From: Balanoglossus misakiensis
Lineage: Eukaryota; Animalia; Hemichordata
Direction of reading: 5' to 3'
Length of the DNA: 64,000 nucleotides
Assembly (NCBI GenBank): GCA_040954595.2
Contig: CM082589.2
Span: 3,982,213 to 4,046,212, forward strand
Below are positions 22,964 to 36,900 of this stretch, piece after piece. A program made the position numbers and the translations under genes. The notes under the pieces were generated by a model that was not told the origin of the DNA, searched no databases, and saw only the letters and a list, made by a program, of their open reading frames with translations. Position 1 is the stretch's first letter. Every line of letters starts with the position of its first letter.

Positions 22964-25787
22964 ATGGAGAATCAGGCAACACCAACCAGAGACACCGCTC
23001 GAGTTCCAGTCCTGGTGTACCCGAAAGAACGAATAAAGGAGGCCGCTATCCGGGCAGACGACATATTTTTGATCAGTTACCCGAAATCAGGTGAGCATTC
23101 CCCAAAAATCTATGACACCATACCCGCACTGTGCATTTGTAGGTTGATCGAGATACGCGATTAGTTTGCATTTCCGCCAGTTTGTGCAGTGGTATAGGAC
23201 TATAGTTTATTTTCAGTTCGTAACAAGGAATTCTAGTGAAAAAAATACCTTAAATCGACATTTCTCGACATTTTACAAGCCCGGTAGCATACTCCACTGG
23301 GAACGATCTTTCAAAATGTCGAAGCCAGCCACTAAACTCTGGTGTTTTATATATGCAGGCATGTAAATGTACTTGCCTCAAAGCGCTCACCTATAGTACA
23401 ATATAATGTCGTTCAGCTTATGTACTGTATAGAAATGTATCAAACAAGAACCAGCAGGAATATACGGGCAGTGGGAGCTGATGTGTAACGCTTTAAGGCA
23501 AGCATCGAGGTACCTCTTTGCTACGTCCATGGGTCCAGCAAGGGTTGCGATACACAGAGGTCGTAAATCAGCAACTATTATGAATTTATTAAGGGGCCGA
23601 ATTACGTGAACCACATTTTTTACTCGGAGCGCATAAATATGGTCAAATCCCGGACAGAAGGGCAGGAGGTCGTGGTTGTGTTAGTCGGGTGAAGGAAACG
23701 AACTTAGAACCCCGTACGCCACGCTTGACCGCTTTTCTAAGTAAAAAAAAACGGGTTAAAGGTAAAGCGCTAAACACGAACGAAAACAAACCTACGCAGT
23801 CCCCTTTTGTCATTGGTAATATTTTTATATGTTTCAGGAACGCATCTGATGATACACTTGATCCTACACGTTTTGAATGACGGGGACGAGAATAGAGTCC
23901 AGAATGACAAGCGCGGGCCTCCACTCGAAATTGCCATGTTGGACGAGAGCGATGGGCCGAGGGCAATGCGTTTGAAAGCAAGTCGGGACGACATGAAAGG
24001 ATTTGACATGGAGAATATGGAATGCCCGCGGTTCTTCACGTCGCATCTGGCATACGAGTTTTTGCCTTCGCTACTGCATGAGAAAAAGCCAAAGGTTGGA
24101 AAAGGCGCATTTTAACACATATTTCATTTATTGCAAATCCATTGTTAAATGGGCAGTGTCTGTCACTTTCGGCAGTATTTTTCGTCACGTGACCTTTTGT
24201 GTTCCCCCCCCCCCGGCCCTGCTGCTCTACATTTCTTGCAATTTACATGTCAAAAGTACTCCAACTGCAGGAGAAGAACCTTGGCAACGGCGTCACCATG
24301 TGATCATAATACACTACAGTGATTGGCCGTTACAGTGACACAGGTGTCGCTCATAGTTGGAAAATAATTAGCATGTCGATCCGTGGCGGATGAAATGTGA
24401 TAACCCAAACACATAGGTGTTAGTGACCGGTTAGGGTTAGCACGGTGAAAACCATTACAATACATCCAGAAACAAACCCCGGGGTACATGTACATGACGT
24501 GAATTAATGATTTGGTAAAGTGCTAGTTTACCTCGAGGTCGTAAGCGAGAACATGTGACATAATTGTGTAGAATGCTTCGTAAATAAAACTCCTGCCCGT
24601 TCTTTTATTTACAGATAGTATACCTCGCTCGTAACCCTAAAGACATGATTGTATCTCAATGGAACATGTGGCAGATGATGAGAAAAATGCATGCTCACGG
24701 ACCACCTCCAACGCTTCAGTCGGTCATCGAATCGTTTGTGGCCGGTGATGCAACAAGTACGTTGCTAACACTCAGTGCTACCAATCTTGTAATTGTATTC
24801 TCGTAATCAGGATGGTTACCCGGTGATGATGGGACTTTAATTTTTTGTAGCCGGAAAAAATTAAGGTGTGAGCGATTGAAGACAGCTTTGTATGGAATCA
24901 GATATATACACATATAATAATGATATCACGTTATTTTTTTCTAAACAGGCTTTGGCGTCGAGGAATACGGGCCATGGTATAAACACGTAACTGCGTGGTG
25001 GGCAAAGAGAGACGATGAAAATGTTCTATTTGTTAAATATGAAGATTTGACAAAGGTTTCTGTATTAAATGTTGTGCTCCGTGGATATTTTAGTATTTTT
25101 GTAAAGGGCTATTTTTGTTACTCGTGAACAGGTGGTTGTTGGAAGTGGAGACATAGCATATGTCCAAAAGGGCTATTTTTGTTACTCGTGAACAGGTGGT
25201 TGTTGGAAGTGGAGACATAGCATATGTCCAAATACAATCAAGTATCTCACTATAATTAATATTTTGCCATTAACATTATTATTCATCTACATTCGTGTAT
25301 GTTCCTTCGTATCTGCCCCTTCTAGAATTTGAAAGACCACATCAAGTCAATCGCAAACTTTCTCGGGAAGGACGTGTCTGACGACGTCGTCGATAAAATC
25401 GCTGGCCACTGTTCCATTGAGGCCATGAAGAATAACCCGAAAGCACGCAGCGACGACATGAGCAAACTCCTGGGAATCTCACCAGAAGATTCTCCTTTCG
25501 TTCGAAGAGGTGAAAATATTGGTACACTATTGCATGAGAATTTCAAGTCGGGGTTATGCTGCCATAGCGATTTTTGCTAGACGTACTCAGTTGAAAACAT
25601 TCTTCACCATGTGCGACATTTACACGTTGAATTTCTGTCATACGGTATATAGTCATAGCATTCTTCGTTTCCTCCTACAGGTAAAGTTGGTGGGTGGAAG
25701 GGGCATTTGACGGTGGCGCAGAGTGAGCTTGTTGACGAAGCTTATCGGAAGTGGATTAACTGCGGATTAGTACTGGATTTTGAATGA
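22964..25787 (+). CDS. Cytosolic PAPS-dependent sulfotransferase (SULT1-like)
   Basis: Exons 22964-23090, 23838-24094, 24615-24756, 24949-25055, 25326-25509, 25681-25787. Motifs: 5'-PSB loop [13 protein letters not shown], catalytic His in PRFFTSHL, 3'-[43 protein letters not shown] and the dimerisation motif [10 protein letters not shown] (KxxxTVxxxE). Confidence 0.95.
25103..25232. repeat. Perfect 64-bp tandem duplication in SULT intron 4
   Basis: aaagggctatttttgttactcgtgaacaggtggttgttggaagtggagacatagcatatgtcca occurs twice head to tail. Confidence 0.9.
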
Positions 25788-26568
25788 TATAATCTCGTGT
25801 GTGAATGCTTCCGGTGAAATGAACTATACCGTCGCAGCATGTTTTTTTTCTAGAAAGTTCTCCAGCCCCTTCCTTTGAGACATCAAATGGTCCACGAATA
25901 ACGAATAATAACACTACTGTGTATGGTAATTTTACTGAGCCAACAAAAATAGTCGTATGGTAATGAACCTGGGATAAATACCTGGATTCCTTTAATTATG
26001 CGAGTTATTTTCTATTGTTTGTTTTCGATTAAATAACCTGTTGAAGCTACGCAGATTGTTCAGTCAGTCCTGTCGTTGAGGGCAGCTCAATGACCTTCAA
26101 CAGCTCAGGCCAGTGGTAGCTGGGTCACCCCGGGGGTCACCACATAGGCCAACGTGCAGTTCATGCACAGACTGGTCAATGCAAGCCCTTTCGACATGTA
26201 TACGTAGGCCAATGCTTGGGAACGGCTCTGCTTTGTGATGGTATTACTGGCCTAGACTGAAGTCACTGTTTTGGCTGGGACGGTGCGAATATTCACATCC
26301 AATTTTTCCAGACGCCCCCTGAAATAAAATGGTCCACCCCTAATTGCTTTCCATGCAATCACCCATCATATGTGACAGCCTGTTTGCGTCTGAACTGTTC
26401 TGCATTTTATGCGGATCCACTTGAGTTCGACAACACTGACAAGTGTCTCGAATTCTGTGCGTCGGGTAGGAGCTTTGGCATTACTCCAAATTAAGCAAAC
26501 GCCTCTCGTACACCTAATCACAACGTCGTAACACTAGCAGCTGGATCATCCACGAAGGGACCTTGAAA

Positions 26569-29123
26569 ATGGCAGGAAGAAGCGGCAAAATACAAACGGG
26601 TAGGTTTCCTGATCAACATGATTTCACTCGCCTACTCTTTGTCAGGCTCAAGGCAGAAGTTGAGAGGTTTATATACATGATAGTTTTATGCATGCACTGT
26701 GTAACTGGGGCCTGGTAAATACGTAATCTGGGTCGTGATGACCAGACTGATCCTGGATCCCCGGGTCAAAGGTCGTGATCCACTGACCCACGTGGCAAGT
26801 GCCTATGAGCCCAGCTTTGTCAACAAGCCAGAAGCAAACAGGCTAACAAAAATAGAAAATAAATAAACACATTAATTTTACCCCAAAGAACAAACATAAA
26901 TTCTAAAATTACTAGATATGCTACTCAGTATGACAACCCCCCCCCCCTCCAAGTTTGGAGGTGGTGCAGCCATAGGGCTAAGGGCTGACTGGCTAGCATG
27001 CAACTGTGTTGTATAGGACCCATACCCACCTTAAAATATGTTTTAACAATTCTTGTTCACCTTTCAGTGTGTGGGCTGTTGGATCCAAATGACCTGGGCA
27101 TCACAATGACCCATGAACATTTGCATATGACATTCGACGTCTCGTATGTTCCACCTAAGAGGGAGGCTGACATGGACAAACCCCAAGACCCTATTAGGCT
27201 CGACACCCTTGGTTGGATCCGACAGAATCCGTAAGCAGTGGAATAGATGTTGACAGGCCAGGAAGAAAATAAATGATTTTTTCTAATTTTTTGGGGGCAA
27301 AGGAACAGAGCTCGAGATGACAAGAAGTACAAGTCATATTTTTTGATTGACTACTAAAATTCCACAATAACTCGATTACAGTACATATAATTCCTAAATA
27401 CTAGAATAGTATTGTAGCATACACAAAACATCAACAGTGTGGTGATAATTGTTTTTTTACATGTTCGCAGATACAGCAACAGGTCCAACCTGTTACTTGA
27501 TAGCGAAGATGCAGCTATGATCGAGGAACTAAAGTTCTACAAGCAAAATGGTGGTTGTAGTATCGTTGACAACACTACCCTTGGCATTGATAGAAATATC
27601 AAAAAGTCGAAGCTATACTCTGAAGCTTCTGGAGTAAACATTATTCAAGGAACAGGTATTTTTCCGCAATCATTGTACCAGAATAATATTTTAACCTTTT
27701 TTTATTAACTGCTGATTGGCTGTCCCAATAATATATGCAAATTACTTTGTTTCAGAGCTGACTGCACTTAAAGAGGTAGAAGAGAACTTAACATACAAGA
27801 GAACTTAACATCTGCTCTTTCTCTGGATTTTTATTTATCTCAGGTTATTATGTCGGCGCCTGCCACCCTCCCGAAATGAACACAATGACAATCGAGGAAC
27901 TGACCCAGTTCATGGTCAATGACATCGACAAGGGTGCTGAAGGGACGGACATCAAATGTGGAGTCATTGGCGAAATAGGCTGCTCTTGGCCATTGCAAGG
28001 TAAGGATTGCGTCTTGCTTTGTAGGTGTCTAGTTTATAGGGTATCGTATTAACGGAACTTTGCTCCTATTTGATACATGTATATTTTATATTAGGATGAA
28101 ATGATAATCAGTAATACTCATCCAAAAACTCATACCCCTGTTGAATAGTAAGATCACCGAAAGATTTCATCTCACCCTTCAGCCAATGAGAAGAAAGTAT
28201 TACAGGCCAGCGCAGCAGCTCAGACCGCTACTGGCTGTCCAGTAATTATTCATCCCGGACGAAATATGACAGCGCCCTCTGACATCATCAGAATCTTGCA
28301 GGAAGCTGGCGGTGATACCAACAAAACTGTTATGTCTCATCTTGACAGTAAGTGGAGTTTTCTTTATCTCACAATCTTTGTGTCCTCGTTTTACCTTGTC
28401 AAGAAGTGGATTAGACAACTTATAAATCATGATCTTTAAAAAATATGTCTCATGTGATATGCCATACACCTGGGACTCGGCAAGTGCACTGGAGGAAATC
28501 TCCATTTCGCTGACGTAAAAACAGCAATAAATTCCTTTTCTTTCTAGGAACGTTCGATGACCGAGACAGGCTCGCTGAGTTTGCCAAGCTGGGTTGCTAC
28601 TTGGAGTACGACCTGTTCGGCTTGGAGACGTCTCATTATCCGATGAACCTCGACCTGGACATGCCGAGCGACGCCCAGAGGATCCAGTACATCAAGTTCC
28701 TGATCGAGGAAGGCCACGAGGATAGAGTGGTCATCGCTCATGATGTGCACACCAAGCACAGATTGGTGAGTGTTGCATGGAGAAAACACACCTCAAAAGT
28801 GATTGATGCGTCAGACTGTTATGAAGATTGCTGTGAAATGCATCTTAAAGTAGGGGACTTTGACCAAAAGCAGTGCGTGGTTGTCATGTTCAGATGCTTT
28901 GTATGTTTTCACCCAATATTGTGTTTAGTTTATCCTAGTCCTAGTGTTTTACATTCCCATTTGCTGACTCATTTTCATCTGTCAACAGACGAAATACGGT
29001 GGTCATGGTTACTCTCACATCCTGCTGAATGTCGTGCCTAAGATGTTGGACAGAGGAATCTCTCAGGACAAAGTGGACAAGATGCTGGTTGAAAATCCCA
29101 AGAAATGGCTCACCTTCAAATAA
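26569..29123 (+). CDS. PTER: Phosphotriesterase-related protein (amidohydrolase superfamily)
   Basis: Exons 26569-26599, 27068-27230, 27471-27655, 27844-27999, 28183-28347, 28548-28765, 28989-29123. Translation [13 protein letters not shown]...[10 protein letters not shown] (HxH metal motif), [83 protein letters not shown]. This is typical of PTER along its whole length. Confidence 0.96.
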
Positions 29124-29729
29124 GGATACTCACCACCACAATTTGGTGCAACCGCATACTTTGAGTGGTATGGTCCAAACCATATACAGAGTAATGGGGG
29201 TGAAAGGGGACCAGATAAAGCCCCATCAGCTGTATCTTTTTGTATTGATCAATATTTCATTTTAGGTGTGTGGGAATTCCTTTGAATATACAAGTTTAGT
29301 TTTAGCGTTTTGACACACAATACCTGTGTATTTTTGTTTTCTAATTGAAATCCAACTGAATGATGAAAATCACACAAGCCTAACTTTAGAGGGCGCTGTT
29401 TGCTTGGCCAAAAAAAGTGATAACCACTGGCAGCACAAAATACATCCGTGGCCGGCCAAATGTTGTAAGACGTCAGTTGATGTAGCAGAGAATCTAAAGA
29501 TATAGACCTCACATTCACTATTCTTTGTTGGGAAACTTAAATTTTAATCCACACTATGGGATAAATGGGAAACACAAAATGTATGCTTGGAGAAACAATT
29601 ATGGCAATAAAGTAATTGGTGAACTATATCTGGCATATGCTTGTTGAATTCTACTAGTAATCATTGTATTTTAATTATGGTCATTGGGTGTGGATTTTTT
29701 TCCGTAATGCCTCTGGTTTGCTACATTGG

Positions 29730-29785
29730 AATGGTGGTGGTGGTTGTGATGATGATGATGATGGTGGTGGTGATGATGATGATGA
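29730..29785. repeat. (TGG/TGA)n trinucleotide repeat
   Basis: atggtggtggtggttgtgatgatgatgatgatggtggtggtgatgatgatgatg; source of the spurious poly-His ORF at 29671(-). Confidence 0.85.
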
Positions 29786-30917
29786 AATAACTTAGCGACC
29801 ATATGTGTAGTGAATTGACAACGGCTTGAGTCGTTTGACCTTCCCTGTAATTGCGGGTGTTGTTGTACACAGACCCTAAGGTACAGCCGCACTTCTTATC
29901 ACGGCTGAGTGGAGCTAGACTTATCCAGTTCCATATTCGATTACACTTCAAACTCATTCACACAAAATTGAGTGGGACGCCGGACGTGCGCGCCGCGATC
30001 ACCATGGTCATCATTGTTTCAGTTTTGGAATAAGGTCGAAACGATTATTGATTAGAATACCCAATTGTCGTCATTTTGGTGTTTGGGCCACGGTTTCTAA
30101 TATTCTCACTACTTTTTTTGCTGGTCTCGAACTGTTTTCTTTGACTTTGAGGCCTGTGTCATAACGTGTGTGGTAGACTTTAAACAATGACCGGAAAGTA
30201 GCGTCGGTAAGGTTTCCTTCCTCGAATGATTCAATTTCCTTGTTTCCTTGGTTACGTTGTAAAGTTGACGAAGATGTCGATCCATTTATAACTTTCGTCA
30301 CGGCAATTGGACGTGTTTATTTTATAATGGGGAGGTACGGCTCAGCTGACGGGCACTGCAGCATTTTTAAACAAACGTGTCTTTCACAAGTCGTGTGCAC
30401 GTAATAGTAAAATAACGGAAGAAAACCAGACTTGCCTCTCATCAATAACCATACTCGGTTCTACAACCGGTGCATACACTTCACATAGTAATGCGATAGG
30501 AGTTTTTTTGCAAGGCTTAAAACATAGTGAATAGCCTGTGCATTCCTTCACGTTAGGGTGTCGACACGGGCCGTCCCTGCAGATGAGAAGGGCGAAGGTC
30601 TGCCGGCAAGTACACAAATGCCTGGGATTTTCGTTACAAATTAAAGGTGACGGAATAGAGCTGTATGCGTTTAATGTGTATTCAGTTTGTTTTAGGTGTG
30701 TAAAGGCGTTGACAAGTATGTAACATTTCAGCTAGCCACCCCATCTTTGTCCGAGGCTGTGACCCCTATTTCAAAGTAGTCCATCCCGATCGTCTGGGTG
30801 AAAAAAAAGTTTTAGGCAACTTGACCGGAGAGAAGAGAGTGGTCGGGCCACTTCGTCTCGCAGAAGTGGTGTACTCTTACAAAAACCTAGCCGCTTTTCC
30901 ATGGAAAAATAGCCGTA

Positions 30918-33900
30918 ATGGGATCGAGAGGACTTCTTCTCCTTGTCTGCCTGTTTGTTTTGCCGGGTGTTTGCCTGTCCTGCCCGAACCGATGTCTGTG
31001 TTTTCGGACGACCGTTCGCTGCATGCATCTGATGTTGGAGGAGATCCCCGCAGTACCACTGACAACCACAATTCTGTAAGTGGGAGAATAGCTCTATTAT
31101 AAAACACTCTCAATTGATAGGTACTGTAGGTATCTTTTCCGTGTGCGTGACTGACATTTCAGAAACGCAGTTTTGGACGATTTCCAGACAGAAGTGTGAT
31201 GGATTCTTGACCGGAAGCCGGGTGCGTTATAAACAACGCACTCAGACGCGCGCGCGCGATTGTTGGTGTGTGTACATTTCACCCTGCCCACGTATGCCCC
31301 CATTGACCGGTATTTTACGATAGATTTCCGCGGGCGATCCTTTCTTTAAATAGTGGTTGGCATGTATACTCCACGTCAAATTCGTGACGAATGAGATGGC
31401 AGCAGTTAATAAAGGTTAGGCGATCCTTGAAACCTCCACTGTACCTAACAAAACGGAAGGTCGCGAAGAAGCAATAGTGCCAAGTCTTGCCAAGGTCGAA
31501 CTTACTTAGCAATTCTATTAGAAATAGAAGGCCTCGGATACTCTGTCACAGAAATCTTCTACAAGCATTTCTTTTTCTTTAACACACGAACGAACTTCAC
31601 ACGGACAAAAGTAACTTAAGAAAGGGACAGACACTTTTTGAGGGAGGGGGAGGGGTGTTGTCGACCATCCCCCGACCGTCTCCGTGTTGACCACAGTCCC
31701 TCAAAAAAGTGTTCAGACATATACGCCACAGAGACACTCGAAAGAGTTTACTCAGAGTCAAGAGTAGTTTTTCTAACGAGTCTTCTGGCCTGACAATATT
31801 TATCCGCTGAAATGCGTGAGGAATTTCGCTTGGTTTCCAGAAGTACAACGTAAATATTTATCTCAACCGAAGTTGGCGTGAAGTGCTTTTGGAGTTTCAA
31901 GTCTGCAACTCCCGGACAATTCTAACCTCTTTTGGAGTGGTGGCGGCCGGCGGGTTTTATCTAATCACGAACAGGCCCGTTCACTTCTACATGTTAATAA
32001 CTCTAAACAAAGCAATTATTCCTTTAATTGACAGGAGTTGTATGTTCGCCTGTCTGTCGCTTTGTTTGTTGTCTGTATCTCATATACAGGACCACAGCAT
32101 CGTATTGTTCATTTCAGACTGTCCATTGAAATTCAAAGCATGTATGGAAACTCCGCACTCACAACACCCCAGCAGGGTCCCGCGGACTGTTTTAGACACC
32201 AGCAGCGCTGTTTTCCCCCCCAGTCTATTAAAAGCTGTTGAAAACTATTAACACTGTGTATTTTGAAAGCTTTCTTTTTTCAGATTCCTCTTGTAATGGC
32301 TGTGTATTATTCTTTGAACAGTCAAGTTGCACTGTACAACTGCACTGCCCCGGTGGGGGTAGTCGAACTGACACAATTGGCATAACACACAAACCATTGT
32401 TCAGCGTTTGTTCACATGACACTTGGAAGACAAGTCAATGACTTTGTTGTGTAAAACCACACCACAGGCTACTTTGAAAGTGTACATTTAAGAAGTCATC
32501 CTCAAGTTCTGGGTTGGCTGCGTTTGTTGTGGGTTGTATTGTGGCTGAACCAAACCTTTACCACTCTGCAATCCGGCGTGCGTTAAACCTAGGTCAAAGC
32601 AATTCATGTATACTGTATTTTGTTTCAGCATATGGTATAAGCCTTGTGCAGCCTAAACAAACTTGATCCTGTGGATATATTCCCCAGGCTGTAAATACCC
32701 TTTCATTGATTGAAGTAATATGCAAATTGTAGTGATCAAATCTTCCATTTCCACACTTTACCAGTACATGTATAAGACTCTGAAGGTGAAGGCTTGTCAA
32801 TTGGCTAAGTGGATATATTCCCCAGGCTCTAAATACCCTTTCATTGATTGAAGTAATATGCAAATAGCAGTGATCAACATCCATTTCCACACTTTACCAG
32901 TACATGTATAAGACTCTGAAGGTGAAGGCTTGTCAATTGGCTAAGCAAGGCTGAAACATTCCAGTCCAAACATTCAATTTCATATGAATCTCTTCCAAAA
33001 CAATGTATTTTCCCTGATACTTCTTACCATGTGAAATCTGTCTGAGCAGTACATTCATTTGCATGTTGTCACTGCATAAGGCTCCCTAGCTCTACCAATT
33101 AAAGTAAAGTGGCAGCTTAAGAGAAAAGGGTTGTATTTTATAGACCATTTATGTCATTGAATGACTTTCCAAGACTTTTTGAAGCGTGTGTGCATATTAA
33201 CAATTATATTTTTAGTTTGCAGGATAAACCAAGTTGCCTTAAAAAATCTTGAATATGAAACAGTTATTAGTTTAATGAGGAAGATAAGGACACCACAATG
33301 CCAAGAAACCATACAACAGCAGAAATGTACACACATTTTAAATACCCTGGAAATACACATGGATCTAGCCTAGTACCGCAGCGTATTTTGTCCGCTTTGC
33401 TTCCAAAACTAACTGGCCATTCTCGTGTGATTTTATATGTCAGTGAGTGTGAGAACAATAATGGGGAATGGTCCAAATATTTGTCCAAATGAGGCATCAT
33501 CAACATGGCCATGTGGGTCTCTTTGTGACGAATAACACACATCTTTCAAGCTCACAAAAGTGTTGCACTGCACCAGATGGTGTCGGTCTAGCCAACAGAT
33601 GATTGTGATGATTGTGTACAGCCCCCCCCCCCCCCCCCCCCCCCACCTCAGCCAGCCATATATGTATAATCAATTGCCCGCCATCACCTGGTCTTTTGAA
33701 ATTCAGATGGGCGAGTGGTAATCCCGCAACACTCTTTTGAATGGCCTGTTTCTGGTACGCCAAAGACCTCCTTTATGACCGTTTTGTAGCGTTGTTGATT
33801 TACCGTAAGAGGCTTGTTTTGACTGGGCCCCGTTTCATTGAGTTGGTAGATTGGATTGTAACATTCTTTCCCAGTGGAAGAAATTACCAAATCGCACGCG

Positions 33901-36900
33901 AGTTAATCTGCACGTTGAGTTGCAAATAGACAGTCAGGGCTTCATTTAAATTGACAATTGCAGGGGAGACTGGTAAACAGAATAATGTTTACCGTTGGTA
34001 ATCTGCAATTTATCTCGGCTGAGTTTCCTTCTGTGTGGCATGAATAGAGTAATTGCAAATTTAGGGCAGATCATCACTTTTGCATTCATGGTCCAGTTTG
34101 CTGTCTGTGCCCGATTCAAACCAATAACTTTTTCAAAACAACTTGGGGATATTGCCATTTCTTTGATAAACTGATTGCTTAGTAGAACTGTTAGTCTTTG
34201 TGATTACTGCCGAGAAGTAATCTGTTTTTTTTTACTGCTTTGGGAAATAGAAGGGTAATCAGATTGGTAGATTATAACAGTCCCTTCAGCAGTGATGATC
34301 ATGGCAGGGAATGTCAAAAAATTACTTCAGGCAAACTTTGTCCCACTCAGATACAAATTAGACAGTTTGTGTTGGCCAAATACATACATGTAAGTTTACT
34401 CAAAATAACCAATCTGGACCAGGGCTAGAGATGTGTTTGAGTTGGCATAAAAATTGTGGTACATGTTTATGTCGAATTTTCCCTGGTTCCAGCTGGAGAT
34501 GTCTCATGGTGATTGTTTGCATGAAGTTGCCAGTCATTATGCCAGCTCTACATCGACATTGAATTCAAATGGGGACATTTGGACACATACCAAATCTAAA
34601 AGCCAGTTTTATCCATGGCCAGCTCCTAAAAGTAAACAGACTTGTACATTATGTGGATACTCGTGTCTTTTGCATCATTGGAAGTTCTGATTTCTCAAGT
34701 GAATGTCTGTCTCAGCTGACATTCATACAGTAGCAAGGTCAACAGTTGATTGAGGTCTACCGTCTATACCCGAGTAACTGCACAATTCTTGTTGCTTGGC
34801 AATCTTCGAAATAGCTGTGGTGTAACAGTTTCCTAGACTGGTGATTTGAAGTCTACATAGTTGAACACCCTCTAACAATAGATCGGAAAATCGGAATGAT
34901 AGTTTTGTTTGACATGGCTCAGTCGAGTTTGATCCTTTGCCCTTTGTGGAGTAATGTAACCAGAGGTTAACATAGGGTATCTGATTAAGTACCTGGCCAA
35001 AATGAAAATGCCAATGGAGCTTGGTTTGTAGCTATCGTACTGCAGATAATACAGATAATAAAACTGAAGTACATGCTGTACCTATGAATCTTTGGTTGTT
35101 ATACTGAAGTTAAATGATGTGGGGGGGGGGGGGGGCACACCAAGCCAAGGGTGAATTGATACCCCCCCCCCCCCCTTCACTTCAGTAATACAAACCCAGA
35201 ATAGACTGATTTCAACCCTGTTCTTCCAAGTTCCATATTGACTTATCATCAATGAAGCAAGGCCTACTAGTGTGAGTCAAGCATCTGTCAATCAAACTGC
35301 AGCATGTACTTCTAGCCTTGGGGCAGAGTCAACCGTATTCCTTACTAATCCAACAGTCAATTGCTACCAGCTAATTATGCGGCCTGTCATTATGAAACCG
35401 TGTTTCCAGTCAGGAGAAGTACCGGTACTTCACAGAAACCTTAACAAAAGACAGGACCGTCAATTGGATGACTTTTGGATGTTCTTCAGTAACCGTGGAA
35501 ACCTGTTACAGACACTGTGATTTCTTTCTTGCATAACTTGTTGAAAGTGGAATGATAATTTGTGTATCACAATGTGTTACCACCTGTCACAACTTTGAAT
35601 TGTTGACCACCTCCTATAGACATGACATTCTTTCAAACAAAAAATACTCCATTCAAATTTGGTACGATAACAATGTAGTGCAGTGTACATTTGCACATCA
35701 ATTTGTGTCATGATAATTGATATATAATCCAATATCCAATCCAATAATTAATAAACCAATATGTCCATCAGACATGTCTGAACCGATTCCATTCAAACTT
35801 TGTTGTGCAAGGATAATGTGCTTTGACTTAAAGATGGATATTTTGTCATGATATGATTCTCATGGTTGTTTATGACAAGAGCTGTTTGTCAAACATGTTT
35901 CAGCTGATTTTATTGAAACCCATTATGTACTATGATAGGGTCCCTGTCAATTTAGAACATGTTAAAAGAACCTTTGTAAACTAGACAATTTCTCTGGTCC
36001 CTTTGGGGTCCATAACATTAACTTAATTTATGTGTGAATGAGGTGTGACTAAATTTTCTATCCCAGATTGGCCTTGGGTATAAGCCCGCGGCTGACCCAG
36101 TTGGAACTTAGTGCTATGATCCCAACTGTACATGTGCAGTAAGCACCGACACTGGTACAGCCCTGCTCAGATTACAGGCATGTCAGTGGGTCCAAGGCTA
36201 GTCACTTGCCTGTGGAGTGGGGAGAAAAATAAACATGCTAGATCAAAAGTACATGTATGTAGTTCTTTAAACCAAGGTGCATTTCAGTATACTTGGGACT
36301 ATTGGCAAAGGCAAGTGGGTGGATTGTATAGTGCTAACAGCTGTCCATGTCCCTTTCAGACACCGGTGAAAATCCCTTGCATAATAGGGTGATTTCAAAA
36401 AAGAATGCCAATCTTTTACTTCCGCAGGAATACACTGTCAAAAAAAAAAATTAACGGCAGAGCAAACAGGTTACAATTTCAGGAAGTGATGAAAAGCAGA
36501 TTGATTTAGCATTTGGAGAGTAGAATTCCTGAAATTCTTGCACAAAACGGTTGTGCTGCTCCAGATAACATTCCAAAAGGATATGCCCTTTTTCATTCAT
36601 TCATTCCTTCATTCCTTCATTCATTCATTCATTGCAAATTGTAGTTTGTCTGATAAACAACAAGTGCCTCTCCACCAATCACCTACTAATGAATTGCCGT
36701 GTAAATTCAACTCCCGGTATTGTTCACTGTGATCGCTCCACAAAACAAAGTCAGAAAAGATCCGATGGTTAACATCGATAATTATGGTCGCTGATTCTCT
36801 TCAGAAAGAACAATGGCGGCACTTGAGGGTGTTTTCATCCATTAAAGGTGCACATAATGCTTGTAATCCTATTCAGTATTCTGTTGCTGCAGTGGTAATT

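Noticed and set aside
29671-29957. Poly-His and poly-Ile/Thr ORFs on the minus strand
   Set aside because: They derive from a trinucleotide microsatellite in the PTER-PXDN spacer.
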